Source: a virus (Duplodnaviria > Caudoviricetes). Taken from it: a stretch of DNA of 64,000 nucleotides. The number at the start of each line of letters is the position of its first letter. Within the stretch, counting starts at the first letter, position 1. The notes below the pieces were generated by a model. It saw nothing but the letters and a program-made list of their open reading frames with translations, was not told the origin of the DNA and ran no database searches. The translations under genes were made by a program, and so were the position numbers. The stretch is taken from positions 20,600 to 84,599 of the IMG/VR virus record IMGVR_UViG_3300033073_000243, one strand, 5' to 3'. Shown here one piece after another: positions 9,442 to 18,049 of this stretch.

Positions 9442-9851
9442 TGGCAACATGGAAAATATCTAATAGAGAAAAGAAAAGCTGCGAAGAACGCACATTCTGG
9501 ACGAAGGACGGCGTTACTGTTATTCGTACAGAAGGTTTCCGCTGGGGAACTTTTACAGTGGAAACTACTGACGACAATCCGCCAGAGGGCATCACGGAAG
9601 AGAATGAAGACGGAATTGACATGTATGGTTATTCTGGCGAAAATGCAGAAGATGGTGCTCAACTTGATATAATGGATGACGGCTGGTATGGCGACTGGGA
9701 GTTTCCAGACGATATGGACGAAGAAGAACAAGAGCGCATCATAGAAGGCTGGGACGAAGACAGCTATGATTTTATGGAAGGCGACGGATGGTACAACGAC
9801 GAAACAGAAGCTTGGTTGTTTGGACCACTTGACATCGAAAGGATAGATTAA
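9441..9851 (+). CDS. acidic hypothetical protein (paralog 2)
   Basis: About 42 of 136 residues are D/E by hand count. Confidence 0.65.
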   Translation: MATWKISNREKKSCEERTFWTKDGVTVIRTEGFRWGTFTVETTDDNPPEGITEENEDGIDMYGYSGENAEDGAQLDIMDDGWYGDWEFPDDMDEEEQERIIEGWDEDSYDFMEGDGWYNDETEAWLFGPLDIERID

Positions 9852-9852
9852 A

Positions 9853-10188
9853 ATGGTAACAAAACCAAAAGCAACTAAAAAGACTAAAGAGCCAGCAAAG
9901 GCACCAAAAGTTAAAGTAACAAAAGCTAAGAAAGAAAAAATCACAACTTGGCCACATGTTGTTAAAGGTACTCACTTAACTGTAACAACATACGAAGACG
10001 GACACACTGAATTAGTTTGGGATGACGAACAGTTAGCTAAAGAAGTTCACGATGCTATTGCTAGCGTAGAATTAGCGAATATGAAGCCAGCAGTAAGAGC
10101 TAAAGTTGCAGTTCGTAAAAAGAAAGAAGCAGAGAAAAAGGCAGTACCAAAGATTACCGCCGCAAAGAAAACTAAGAGTAAAAAGTAA
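9853..10188 (+). CDS. basic Lys/Ala/Pro-rich protein with histone-H1-like tails
   Basis: KPKATKKTKEPAKAPK and RKKKEAEKK...AAKKTKSKK flank a small core. Confidence 0.6.
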   Translation: MVTKPKATKKTKEPAKAPKVKVTKAKKEKITTWPHVVKGTHLTVTTYEDGHTELVWDDEQLAKEVHDAIASVELANMKPAVRAKVAVRKKKEAEKKAVPKITAAKKTKSKK

Positions 10189-10331
10189 TGCCGACATTCC
10201 TTTCTATCATAGGATTTATTATTAGTATGGGTCTTGTATCATATGTAGTGAACAAGACTATACTCAAAAATATAAAAGGATGCAGTGGCGATTGTAATCA
10301 AGGACGCCGCGCATGTAATTGTTCAGAATAA
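10188..10331 (+). CDS. 47-aa membrane-anchored Cys-rich peptide (not in the ORF track)
   Basis: Hand translation MPTFLSIIGFIISMGLVSYVVNKTILKNIKGCSGDCNQGRRACNCSE; start overlaps the upstream TAA (TAATG) and the stop is 1 nt before the next ATG. Confidence 0.7.
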   Translation: MPTFLSIIGFIISMGLVSYVVNKTILKNIKGCSGDCNQGRRACNCSE

Positions 10332-10332
10332 C

Positions 10333-10566
10333 ATGTCCAAATCTATATTACTCAATATTAACTTTTGGGAAGCAAAGCAGTTAGAATATTGGTTGAAAGA
10401 TAATTATCCAGATTGTACTATTAAACCAGTTAACCACGACTTATATGTTCCGCCCGAAGAACACGAATACTATCGAGTAGAAGGTAAAATTGATGTTGAC
10501 TTGTCATGTATATTACAGTTAAAATATGGGTTATCAGATAATCATTTAAACCATGGAAAAAATTAA
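10333..10566 (+). CDS. hypothetical protein
   Basis: ATG at 10333 follows the Cys-rich ORF. Confidence 0.55.
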   Translation: MSKSILLNINFWEAKQLEYWLKDNYPDCTIKPVNHDLYVPPEEHEYYRVEGKIDVDLSCILQLKYGLSDNHLNHGKN

Positions 10567-11413
10567 AGTAAGCGAAATCTTTTATAGCGCACAAGGCGAG
10601 GGACGCTTTATTGGTGTCCCTAGTGTCTTTTTTAGAACCTTTGGATGTAACTTCAAATGCCCCGGCTTTGGATTACCGCCCGGTGTAAAAACTACAGAGC
10701 CAGACGAAATAGGTGCTAAGGTTCATCTATACAAATCATTTATGGATCTGCCATTAGCTAACAGTGGATGCGATAGTTATGCATCTTGGCATCCTGCATT
10801 TAAACATTTAAGTCCAAGCTATTCTGTCGATGAAGCAGTTGATGCAATGCTTAAACTCACACCCAATAATAAATGGACACAAACTAACGGCAACGATGTT
10901 CATCTTGTTATTACCGGCGGTGAACCATTGCTAGGTTGGCAAGCCTTATATCCAGAACTACTAAGTCATAACCGCATGAAAGACTTACATAATCTTACAT
11001 TTGAAACTAATGGTACTCAACCATTACATCATGCGTTTAAGTATTTCTTAATGGACGGTTTTAGACTTCCACGAGATAACATTACATTTAGTGTAAGTCC
11101 TAAGCTAAGTGCAAGTGGTGAGGCATGGAACGATGCTATCTGTCCTGATGTAGTTAGAGAGTATCAACAAGTAGGTTACACTTATCTAAAGTTTGTTGTA
11201 GATAAAACAGCAGACTTTGAAGAAGTAGAAGCCGCAGTAAATGAATATCGCAAAGCCGGGTTCCAAGGTCCAGTTTATGTTATGCCTGTTGGTGGTACAG
11301 ATAATGCATACTTTGCAAATAGCAAACATATCGCAGATGTTGCATTGGAAAAAGGATACCGTTATAGTCCACGTCTACATGTAGACATTTGGAGCAATGG
11401 GTGGGGCAAGTGA
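10553..11413 (+). CDS. queE: 7-carboxy-7-deazaguanine synthase-like radical SAM enzyme
   Basis: EIFYSAQGEG, FFRTFGCNFKC...GCDS, VITGGEP, FETNGT, VSPKL, RYSPRLH. Confidence 0.85.
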   Translation: MEKIKVSEIFYSAQGEGRFIGVPSVFFRTFGCNFKCPGFGLPPGVKTTEPDEIGAKVHLYKSFMDLPLANSGCDSYASWHPAFKHLSPSYSVDEAVDAMLKLTPNNKWTQTNGNDVHLVITGGEPLLGWQALYPELLSHNRMKDLHNLTFETNGTQPLHHAFKYFLMDGFRLPRDNITFSVSPKLSASGEAWNDAICPDVVREYQQVGYTYLKFVVDKTADFEEVEAAVNEYRKAGFQGPVYVMPVGGTDNAYFANSKHIADVALEKGYRYSPRLHVDIWSNGWGK

Positions 11414-11595
11414 AAAAACAGTTGTTGCTTACACGAAAACAATTCGAAGAAATTAAAAAGGTTTTCGAAGAGTACGATATAGATTATATTCTTTTGACTA
11501 AAGATAATTCGTCTGGCATTGGTGAAAACGTCTATATGGAATTTGATCCTTTGCGTACAATTACAAAAGATATAACAGACTATGAAGCGTGGTAA
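11410..11595 (+). CDS. small hypothetical protein
   Basis: GTG start overlapping the queE stop (GTGA). Confidence 0.5.
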   Translation: MKKQLLLTRKQFEEIKKVFEEYDIDYILLTKDNSSGIGENVYMEFDPLRTITKDITDYEAW

Positions 11596-11597
11596 TA

Positions 11598-11798
11598 ATG
11601 GAAACACATAAAAGAACAATAGTTAGAATGATTAGTTACCGTATTACCGCGTTACTGCTTACGATCCCAGTTACTTACTGGTTAACAGGCGATTGGACTA
11701 AAGCGTTCGAAGGTTCTGTTTTAATTCACTTAATACTATCATTGGATTATTATATACACGAACGCATTTGGTTAAAGATTAAATGGGGTAGAGAATGA
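11598..11798 (+). CDS. DUF2061-like small membrane protein
   Basis: METHKRTIVRMISYR...YYIHERIWLKIKWG pattern. Confidence 0.65.
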   Translation: METHKRTIVRMISYRITALLLTIPVTYWLTGDWTKAFEGSVLIHLILSLDYYIHERIWLKIKWGRE

Positions 11799-12136
11799 AA
11801 GCACAAAAACCAGCTCAGGGTATTATGTTACAAGGCGACTTCGGTAACAGCAAAAACTTCAAAGTAGAATGTGATTGTTCCAGTGACGATCACTCTGTCT
11901 ATATGTGGATTGAAGTATCAGAAGATAAAGACATTCCAGATGTGGAAGTCAGCTTCTATGTAAAAACCTGGACGCCAGTATGGCAAGGATGGGGTCAACG
12001 CCTTAAAGCAGTATATGAAATTTTGTTTAAAGGCGTACACAGACAAGAACATCATATGCTTTTAAATAAGCAAAGTGCATTGAACTTTGCAGAGACTATC
12101 AAGCAAACAGTTAAAGAAATGGAAGGAAAGAAATGA
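11795..12136 (+). CDS. hypothetical protein
   Basis: ATGA-coupled ORF, 113 aa. Confidence 0.6.
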   Translation: MKAQKPAQGIMLQGDFGNSKNFKVECDCSSDDHSVYMWIEVSEDKDIPDVEVSFYVKTWTPVWQGWGQRLKAVYEILFKGVHRQEHHMLLNKQSALNFAETIKQTVKEMEGKK

Positions 12137-13233
12137 GTTATCTATTTACAAGTGAGAGTGTTTCAGAAGGACATCCAGATAAGGTAGCTGATGCTATCAG
12201 TGATGCCGTTCTAGATTTAGTTATGTCCAAAGAAGATACTTCTTTGCGTTGTGCTTGCGAAACATTAGTAACAACTAACAGAGTTGTACTAGCAGGCGAA
12301 TATAAAGGTATTCTACATGAAGAAGAAGTAGAAAGTGCAGTCCGTAAGGTCATTAAAGACATCGGATATGAGCAACAAGGATTTGATTGGCGCACTGCTG
12401 AAATCACAAACCTATTACACGAACAAAGTGCCGATATTGCTCTTGGCACTGATAATTTTGGTGCGGGCGATCAGGGTCTAATGTTCGGTTATGCATGTAA
12501 TGAGACTAGTGCTTATATGCCCAGCGCCATTTATTGGAGCCATCGTATTGTAGAAGAATTAGCTCGTTTACGCAAAGTAGGCACAATAGCTTGGTTAGAG
12601 CCCGATGCCAAGAGTCAAGTTACTTTTGAATATAACGATGATGGTACGCCAAAACGAATTGCAAAAGTTGTTTGCTCAACACAACACGCACCTGATGTTG
12701 ATTTGTATGCGTTGCGTTTGGGTATTACGGAAATTATTCGTGCAATTTTACCTAAAGAATATGTTGATACAAATACTGAGTTTTACATTAATCCTACTGG
12801 TCGTTTTGTTGTAGGCGGACCTGATGGGGATACTGGACTCACAGGCAGAAAGATTATTGTGGATACTTACGGTGGTTACAGTCCTCATGGCGGCGGCGCC
12901 TTCTCGGGAAAAGATCCAACTAAGGTAGACCGCAGTGCCGCATACATGATGCGTTACATTGCCAAGAACATTGTAGCAAGTGGTCGTGCATCTTGGGCTA
13001 CATGTCAAATCAGTTATGCTATTGGTATGGCTGAACCTATGAGCTTCTATATCGAATGCGAAGATAAGGCCTTAGCTAGAGACTTAACAATGCTCATTCC
13101 AAAAGTAGTTGACCTTACACCAAAAGGGATTATTGACAAGTTCCAATTGTTCCGCCCTATCTATAGCAAGACAACTAACTATGGACACTTTGGCAAAGAT
13201 TACTTGCCATGGGAAAAAGTAGACTTATTTTAA
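12133..13233 (+). CDS. metK: S-adenosylmethionine synthetase
   Basis: FTSESVSEGHPDK, GAGDQG, GGGAFSGKDPTKVDRS, YGHFG. Confidence 0.97.
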   Translation: MSYLFTSESVSEGHPDKVADAISDAVLDLVMSKEDTSLRCACETLVTTNRVVLAGEYKGILHEEEVESAVRKVIKDIGYEQQGFDWRTAEITNLLHEQSADIALGTDNFGAGDQGLMFGYACNETSAYMPSAIYWSHRIVEELARLRKVGTIAWLEPDAKSQVTFEYNDDGTPKRIAKVVCSTQHAPDVDLYALRLGITEIIRAILPKEYVDTNTEFYINPTGRFVVGGPDGDTGLTGRKIIVDTYGGYSPHGGGAFSGKDPTKVDRSAAYMMRYIAKNIVASGRASWATCQISYAIGMAEPMSFYIECEDKALARDLTMLIPKVVDLTPKGIIDKFQLFRPIYSKTTNYGHFGKDYLPWEKVDLF

Positions 13234-13235
13234 TT

Positions 13236-13562
13236 ATGATTGATTTATTTAAAAACCTATTCAAAGGCAAACAGCCTACCAATCCAAAGGAAAGTAAAGA
13301 GCCTTGGGTTAATGTAGTTAACACAGACTTTGACGAGCAAAACCCTCGTCAAGGTTTCATGGAATTGGAATGGAACGCTGCCTTTATCCAATTTCTAAAA
13401 GACCACGGCTACGAAGGTAAAACTGACGAAGAAATTGTCGACAAATGGTTTACCGAATTGTGCAGGAACATTGGTGCTCAGTTTGATGAAGAATCCAAAT
13501 TTGTAGCTAATGCAGATGTCTTGCCCAAAAAGCGTAAAAAAGTTGACACAAAAAAGCAATAA
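13236..13562 (+). CDS. hypothetical protein
   Basis: ATG at 13236 just after the metK stop. Confidence 0.6.
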   Translation: MIDLFKNLFKGKQPTNPKESKEPWVNVVNTDFDEQNPRQGFMELEWNAAFIQFLKDHGYEGKTDEEIVDKWFTELCRNIGAQFDEESKFVANADVLPKKRKKVDTKKQ

Positions 13563-13571
13563 CGCTACAAT
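13543..13571 (+). promoter_or_regulatory. early sigma70-type promoter
   Basis: TTGACA-17-TACAAT with the CAAA extension; ATG 6 nt after the -10 hexamer. Confidence 0.7.
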
Positions 13572-13577
13572 ACAATC

Positions 13578-13787
13578 ATGAGTAAACTTAACTGGAGTTT
13601 CAAGGTCAATTTTGTTGGCGAAGATTTTATCCTTCTTTCCTTTAAAAAGAAGGACGAAGAAAACTGGTACGAGCTCTTACTTTCAGTAAGAGAATACACA
13701 GAGCTAATGACCTTGCTCCAAGCATTTAATATGCAATTCGGTTCACAAATTGAAAACAAACTTCTTCAACATTATCTAAATGGCTAA
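13578..13787 (+). CDS. small hypothetical protein, probably from a leaderless mRNA
   Basis: 69-aa ORF starting at the predicted +1. Confidence 0.55.
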   Translation: MSKLNWSFKVNFVGEDFILLSFKKKDEENWYELLLSVREYTELMTLLQAFNMQFGSQIENKLLQHYLNG

Positions 13788-14769
13788 AACTTATCTTCTC
13801 GTAGATGCCGCTAATATGTTCTTCCGGGCACGACATGTTGTTCGCGGCGAAGACCCTGAAACTAAAATTGGTATGGCTTACCATATCATGTTCAACAGTA
13901 TCAACAAAGTATGGCGAGACTTTAAAGGCAGTCATGTCATTATCTGTCTCGAAGGTCGTAGCTGGCGCAAAGACTTTGATACTAACTATAAAGCAAATCG
14001 GGCGGCTGCTCGTGCCGCCTTGACGGTTAAAGAAGCGGAAGAAGATAAAATGTTCTGGGAAGCTTTTGACGAGCTCAAAACTTTCTTCCAAACTAAATCT
14101 AATTGTAGTGTATTACAACACGAAAACTGCGAAGCTGATGATTTTATCGCTCGCTGGATTCAGAGTCACCCTAACGACGAGCATGTTATTGTAAGTAGCG
14201 ACAGTGACTTCTACCAATTGCTTGCACCAAATGTTAGACAGTTTAATGGTATTAGTAAACAACTAATTACAGTTGAAGGTATCTTCGACGAAAAAAACAA
14301 GCGGGTACTAGATAAGAAAACTAAAGAACCACTAGCGCCGCCAGATCCTGCTTGGCTACTGTTCGAAAAGTGTATGCGTGGTGATAGTTCAGATAATGTC
14401 TTTAGTGCTTATCCAGGTGTGCGCGAGAAAGGTACCAAAAACAAAGTTGGTCTTCGCGAAGCGTTTGCCGATAAGGATACCAAAGGATATAATTGGAACA
14501 ATATGATGCTTCAGCGTTGGGTTGACCATAATGGTGTCGAACATCGTGTGCGTGATCGTTATCTACATAATAAGAAGCTAATTGACTTGACAGAACAGCC
14601 AGATGAAATTAAACTAGCGTTAGATACTACAATTACAGAAATTACAAATAAAGAGCCGGTTAAGCAAGCAGGCTTGCATTTTGTTAAATTTTGCGGTAAA
14701 TGGAACCTTGTCAATGTCGCCGACAGAATGACAGAACACAGCGAATACTTAGGAGCGGCTTATAAATGA
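13780..14769 (+). CDS. rnh: T4-type RNase H / 5'-3' exonuclease (FEN/PIN fold)
   Basis: YLLVDAANMFFR, EADDFI, SSDSDF, GDSSDNV...YPGV. Confidence 0.85.
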   Translation: MAKTYLLVDAANMFFRARHVVRGEDPETKIGMAYHIMFNSINKVWRDFKGSHVIICLEGRSWRKDFDTNYKANRAAARAALTVKEAEEDKMFWEAFDELKTFFQTKSNCSVLQHENCEADDFIARWIQSHPNDEHVIVSSDSDFYQLLAPNVRQFNGISKQLITVEGIFDEKNKRVLDKKTKEPLAPPDPAWLLFEKCMRGDSSDNVFSAYPGVREKGTKNKVGLREAFADKDTKGYNWNNMMLQRWVDHNGVEHRVRDRYLHNKKLIDLTEQPDEIKLALDTTITEITNKEPVKQAGLHFVKFCGKWNLVNVADRMTEHSEYLGAAYK

Positions 14770-15236
14770 TTTTAGCAAAGAGTGTTATCAAGGATAAATT
14801 TTGGATACTAGAAGAAAATGCCCAGCGGGTGGGTATGATGAACTTCAAAGATAATAGCTACAGCATTAATCTAAAACGAAAAGACTACACAGCAAAAGAC
14901 AGCAAGGATCTTAAGATCCTTGGTATTGAATTTGTTGTTAGAGACTTTAAACACGGCGGACACTTGGAAGTACTCGGCTATCCTACCGATCAAGAAGAAG
15001 TCTATAATGTAAAAGACATTGATGGCTATCCTACTTTTACTAAAAAAGCCGCAAGCAAAAGTACCCATGTAGCTGGTTGGTACGGTTTAAAGTTTAAAAA
15101 CGGCTGGGTTTGTAGCTTATGCCCGCGTCTAACTACAATTAAAACTAACACCCATGTTGGCCCTTATAAGACTAAAATGGACTTGAAAGTTGTTTTGGGT
15201 CAGCAAAAAGATAGCGTTATCGACGACGAAGAATAA
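14766..15236 (+). CDS. hypothetical protein
   Basis: ATGA-coupled ORF, 156 aa. Confidence 0.6.
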   Translation: MILAKSVIKDKFWILEENAQRVGMMNFKDNSYSINLKRKDYTAKDSKDLKILGIEFVVRDFKHGGHLEVLGYPTDQEEVYNVKDIDGYPTFTKKAASKSTHVAGWYGLKFKNGWVCSLCPRLTTIKTNTHVGPYKTKMDLKVVLGQQKDSVIDDEE

Positions 15237-15262
15237 TTAAAATAGCTTTTAATCGCTTCTCT

Positions 15263-15270
15263 GATAAATA
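15263..15270 (+). promoter_or_regulatory. late-type promoter (GATAAATA)
   Basis: Intergenic variant of the T4 late consensus, 18 nt before an ATG with GGAG. Confidence 0.45.
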
Positions 15271-15288
15271 ATACTATCGGAGAAACGA

Positions 15289-15606
15289 ATGGCTAGACCA
15301 AAACCAACAATATTATTAACACATACGGATCCAGGAACATACAAAAGCGACGAGATTTTGGAAGCTGATGCCATCTATGCGGTATTCTACAAAAACAAAC
15401 CTTTTAACCTTCGTACATTCCTGAATAGTCTGCAAGATTATCCCGGACCTAAATATAAAAAGGTATCGTTTAGTAATCCAGGACATGCTTTTAACCTAAT
15501 GGAAAAGTTAAACAAGTTATTCAAGTGTTCGGACTTTACTGTAGTTGAGCTAAAAGAAGGTACAGTTGTCAATGAATACGAACTTATCAAAAGAGCAGAA
15601 AAGTAA
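15289..15606 (+). CDS. hypothetical protein
   Basis: 105-aa ORF with GGAG Shine-Dalgarno. Confidence 0.65.
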   Translation: MARPKPTILLTHTDPGTYKSDEILEADAIYAVFYKNKPFNLRTFLNSLQDYPGPKYKKVSFSNPGHAFNLMEKLNKLFKCSDFTVVELKEGTVVNEYELIKRAEK

Positions 15607-15913
15607 GTTAATACTAGACACTATACAACAGTCAGTGGATCTTCCACTGACTTTTTTTAAGGTTTTTAAAAACGACAAAGGCACAAGGTTCACTGGTATT
15701 GGATTTGAAATAGCAAAAACTTTATGGAATACATACACAGTTAAGCTACCGCAACACTATGTCGTTCTAAACAAAACTCTGCTACTCTTAGACGAACGCA
15801 TGGATTGGCCATACTATTTGAGCAAAACGAAACTGGTATTATTCAGCGAACTAGATGCTTTTGAATTTTCACTATATCAAGGAGACATAAATTTATGGGC
15901 CAACAAATTCTAA
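15566..15913 (+). CDS. hypothetical protein
   Basis: ORF overlapping both neighbours; start uncertain. Confidence 0.5.
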   Translation: MSMNTNLSKEQKSKLILDTIQQSVDLPLTFFKVFKNDKGTRFTGIGFEIAKTLWNTYTVKLPQHYVVLNKTLLLLDERMDWPYYLSKTKLVLFSELDAFEFSLYQGDINLWANKF

Positions 15914-16590
15914 AAACATTACAAGAACAAGGATATTGTGTTGCCAAAAATGTCTTAGATATCAAATGGATAGAACAACTAAACTCTTTAACTAGTTTAC
16001 TAATACCACAGCGTGGGCATGACTATAATTCTAAATATTTTCCAAGACAACGATTAGCAGAAGCAGACAAATTTGCTATATGGTGGAGTCAACAAGTCAC
16101 TACATGGGTAGGGGCTAAGGAAATCAACAATAAATTACTTGAAATAACAGAAGGTTGGTTTAATAATAATTGCGTGTATGTAAGTGATGTTATTAGCAAT
16201 GAACCTGGCAATCAATTCGTAAAGCCGCATATAGATAGTCCTTACAGGTTTGATAAGTGGCACGAAAGTTTTGAGCTATTGGGTGTACAATGTATTATTC
16301 CGTTATGTGATTTCAACGAAGAGAACGGTGGCACAGGAATCTATCCAAGCAGTCATTTAAAGAACTGGGATGTGCAGGAATCATATAAAGGCAAATATAC
16401 AGCAGAGTTTATGGAACATGTTTATCAACCCGAAATGAATGTAGGAGATGTGTTGATATACAATCCGAGAGTTTTGCACAGTACAATGCCAAACAACACA
16501 AACACAGTAAGACGGGCGTTGTTAACACATATCACAACAAAAGAAATGGTTGTGGAAATGAAGTCTGTTGATAATATTTGGTTAGAATGA
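15895..16590 (+). CDS. phytanoyl-CoA dioxygenase-like Fe(II)/2OG oxygenase
   Basis: KPHIDSP (HxD), ENGGT, GDVLIYNPRVLHS, RRALL. Confidence 0.85.
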   Translation: MGQQILKTLQEQGYCVAKNVLDIKWIEQLNSLTSLLIPQRGHDYNSKYFPRQRLAEADKFAIWWSQQVTTWVGAKEINNKLLEITEGWFNNNCVYVSDVISNEPGNQFVKPHIDSPYRFDKWHESFELLGVQCIIPLCDFNEENGGTGIYPSSHLKNWDVQESYKGKYTAEFMEHVYQPEMNVGDVLIYNPRVLHSTMPNNTNTVRRALLTHITTKEMVVEMKSVDNIWLE

Positions 16591-16677
16591 CCAAATTGTG
16601 TAAACGCTTTAATAGGCTAAGGCGTTATTATATTAGCAAGTATAAGTCTTGCTAGATTTCTATCAAAGGAGATAAAC

Positions 16678-16908
16678 ATGAAATCATTAGTCGCTATCAT
16701 CGCCGCATTAGGCATCGCTACAGCATTCGCCGCAGAACCTGCAAAAGCACCGGAAGCAGTTAAGGCACCGGCAGCTACAGCAAGTGCTCCTGCTACACCG
16801 AAGGAAATGCCCAAAGTCGAAAAGCCAGCTAAAAAGCACGATAAGAAAGCAGACGCCACTAAAAGCGAACCTGCCAAAGATCAAAAAGCCGAAGCTCCTA
16901 AGAAGTAA
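16678..16908 (+). CDS. small exported Ala/Lys/Pro-rich protein (Asr-like composition)
   Basis: Signal peptide MKSLVAIIAALGIATAFA, low-complexity tail, AAGGAG Shine-Dalgarno. Confidence 0.7.
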   Translation: MKSLVAIIAALGIATAFAAEPAKAPEAVKAPAATASAPATPKEMPKVEKPAKKHDKKADATKSEPAKDQKAEAPKK

Positions 16909-17116
16909 TCCGCTAAGACTTTCTTCGATAAAATTTCTTGGCAGTGATCCATATGACTTACCAGACGACGAAGACATACTGGTAAACAATTTAAGACCTG
17001 CCAGGACTTTTAAATTCGTTCCAATATTTGATGACGAAGTAGAAGACCACATAGCCAAACGCTTAGAGCAAGCTCGTATGTTGGCGTTAAAAGCATACAA
17101 AGAAAAGTGGACCTAG
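16784..17116 (+). CDS. hypothetical ORF with unclear start, overlapping the previous gene in the +1 frame
   Basis: Protein-like C-terminal half fills 16909-17116, but there is no ATG/GTG/TTG start in frame shortly after the upstream stop. Confidence 0.35.
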   Translation: MLLLHRRKCPKSKSQLKSTIRKQTPLKANLPKIKKPKLLRSNPLRLSSIKFLGSDPYDLPDDEDILVNNLRPARTFKFVPIFDDEVEDHIAKRLEQARMLALKAYKEKWT

Positions 17117-17130
17117 TGTCCACTTTTTAT
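17103..17130 (+). terminator. rho-independent terminator
   Basis: AAAAGTGGAC-ctagt-GTCCACTTTT followed by TATTT. Confidence 0.75.
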
Positions 17131-17131
17131 T

Positions 17132-17160
17132 TTGACACAAATATACCAATGTGTTATTAT
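17132..17160 (+). promoter_or_regulatory. early promoter
   Basis: TTGACA-17-TATTAT with an extended -10 TG. Confidence 0.7.
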
Positions 17161-17197
17161 AACTATACCGACCACTCAACTAAGAAAGGACTCCAAA

Positions 17198-17407
17198 ATG
17201 GCAAAAGTCACTCTAGACCGGGCACTGTTCAAGGTTGTATTCACTGAGTATGATCGGTTCTCTGGTCAAAAGCACTGGGATACCGAGTATTACGACAACG
17301 AAGAAGAAGCTCGCAATCGTGCTATCTCTTATAACAAAGAGCACAATAACCTAGACTATGCGCCTGAATGGTATGTCCGAGCAGACTATGCAGGTAAAGT
17401 AAACTAA
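17198..17407 (+). CDS. small early hypothetical protein
   Basis: AAGGA Shine-Dalgarno then ATG at 17198. Confidence 0.65.
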   Translation: MAKVTLDRALFKVVFTEYDRFSGQKHWDTEYYDNEEEARNRAISYNKEHNNLDYAPEWYVRADYAGKVN

Positions 17408-17424
17408 AGTATACAAAAAAGAAA

Positions 17425-17733
17425 ATGAAGTCAGTAATTAAGTTAAACGGCAGGCATAAGTTGTACAAGGATTTGCGTATGTCTCATGCCTGGCGTTTTA
17501 CCGATTATGGTAAACATGCCAAGGAAATTCAAGCAATTGAAAGTTTCCTCCGTGATCGTTATGGCGATCAAGAATGGGGATGGAAGTTTCATGTTCGACA
17601 TTCATGGGAATTTAAAAAACAGTGGGCTACATACTGGAGCGACCCCAAGCGAGATCGTCCACGCATTTACTGGATTGGCGTCAAGGATCCTGAAATCATT
17701 TTGATGGCGGGTCTGTGCGGGCTCACGACTTAA
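17425..17733 (+). CDS. hypothetical protein
   Basis: 102-aa ORF. Confidence 0.55.
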   Translation: MKSVIKLNGRHKLYKDLRMSHAWRFTDYGKHAKEIQAIESFLRDRYGDQEWGWKFHVRHSWEFKKQWATYWSDPKRDRPRIYWIGVKDPEIILMAGLCGLTT

Positions 17734-17762
17734 TTGACACAAATTGGTTTTGGGCATATAAT
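17734..17762 (+). promoter_or_regulatory. early promoter
   Basis: TTGACA-caaattggttttgggca-TATAAT. Confidence 0.85.
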
Positions 17763-17768
17763 ACAAGT

Positions 17769-17993
17769 ATGAAAAGAACCAATGACATCCTACAGTGGGC
17801 GGGCACAATTTGTATACTTTCTATGTATGCAGTTATGAGCTTTCGCAAAGACCTTTATCCGCTTAACTTGATCCTAGGTGTAGCAGGAAGTATACTTTTT
17901 CTTACATGGGCTTGGCGAACAAAAAATACTCCCCAGAGTATTGTAAACCTTGTTTCTGTAGTAATTTGTAGTATAGGTATCTACAATTCATAA
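17769..17993 (+). CDS. small multi-pass membrane protein, probably leaderless
   Basis: About three hydrophobic segments; ATG 6 nt after TATAAT. Confidence 0.65.
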   Translation: MKRTNDILQWAGTICILSMYAVMSFRKDLYPLNLILGVAGSILFLTWAWRTKNTPQSIVNLVSVVICSIGIYNS

Positions 17994-17994
17994 A

Positions 17995-18023
17995 TTGGCA
18001 CAAATTGGTTCTTGCGTTATAAT
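17995..18023 (+). promoter_or_regulatory. early promoter
   Basis: TTGGCA-caaattggttcttgcgt-TATAAT. Confidence 0.75.
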
Positions 18024-18049
18024 ACATACATGAACAAAACAGGACTGAA

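Noticed and set aside
611-13233. Complete queuosine or archaeosine pathway
   Set aside because: No queC, queF, queA, queG or gat-queC was recognised in the window; they could lie outside it
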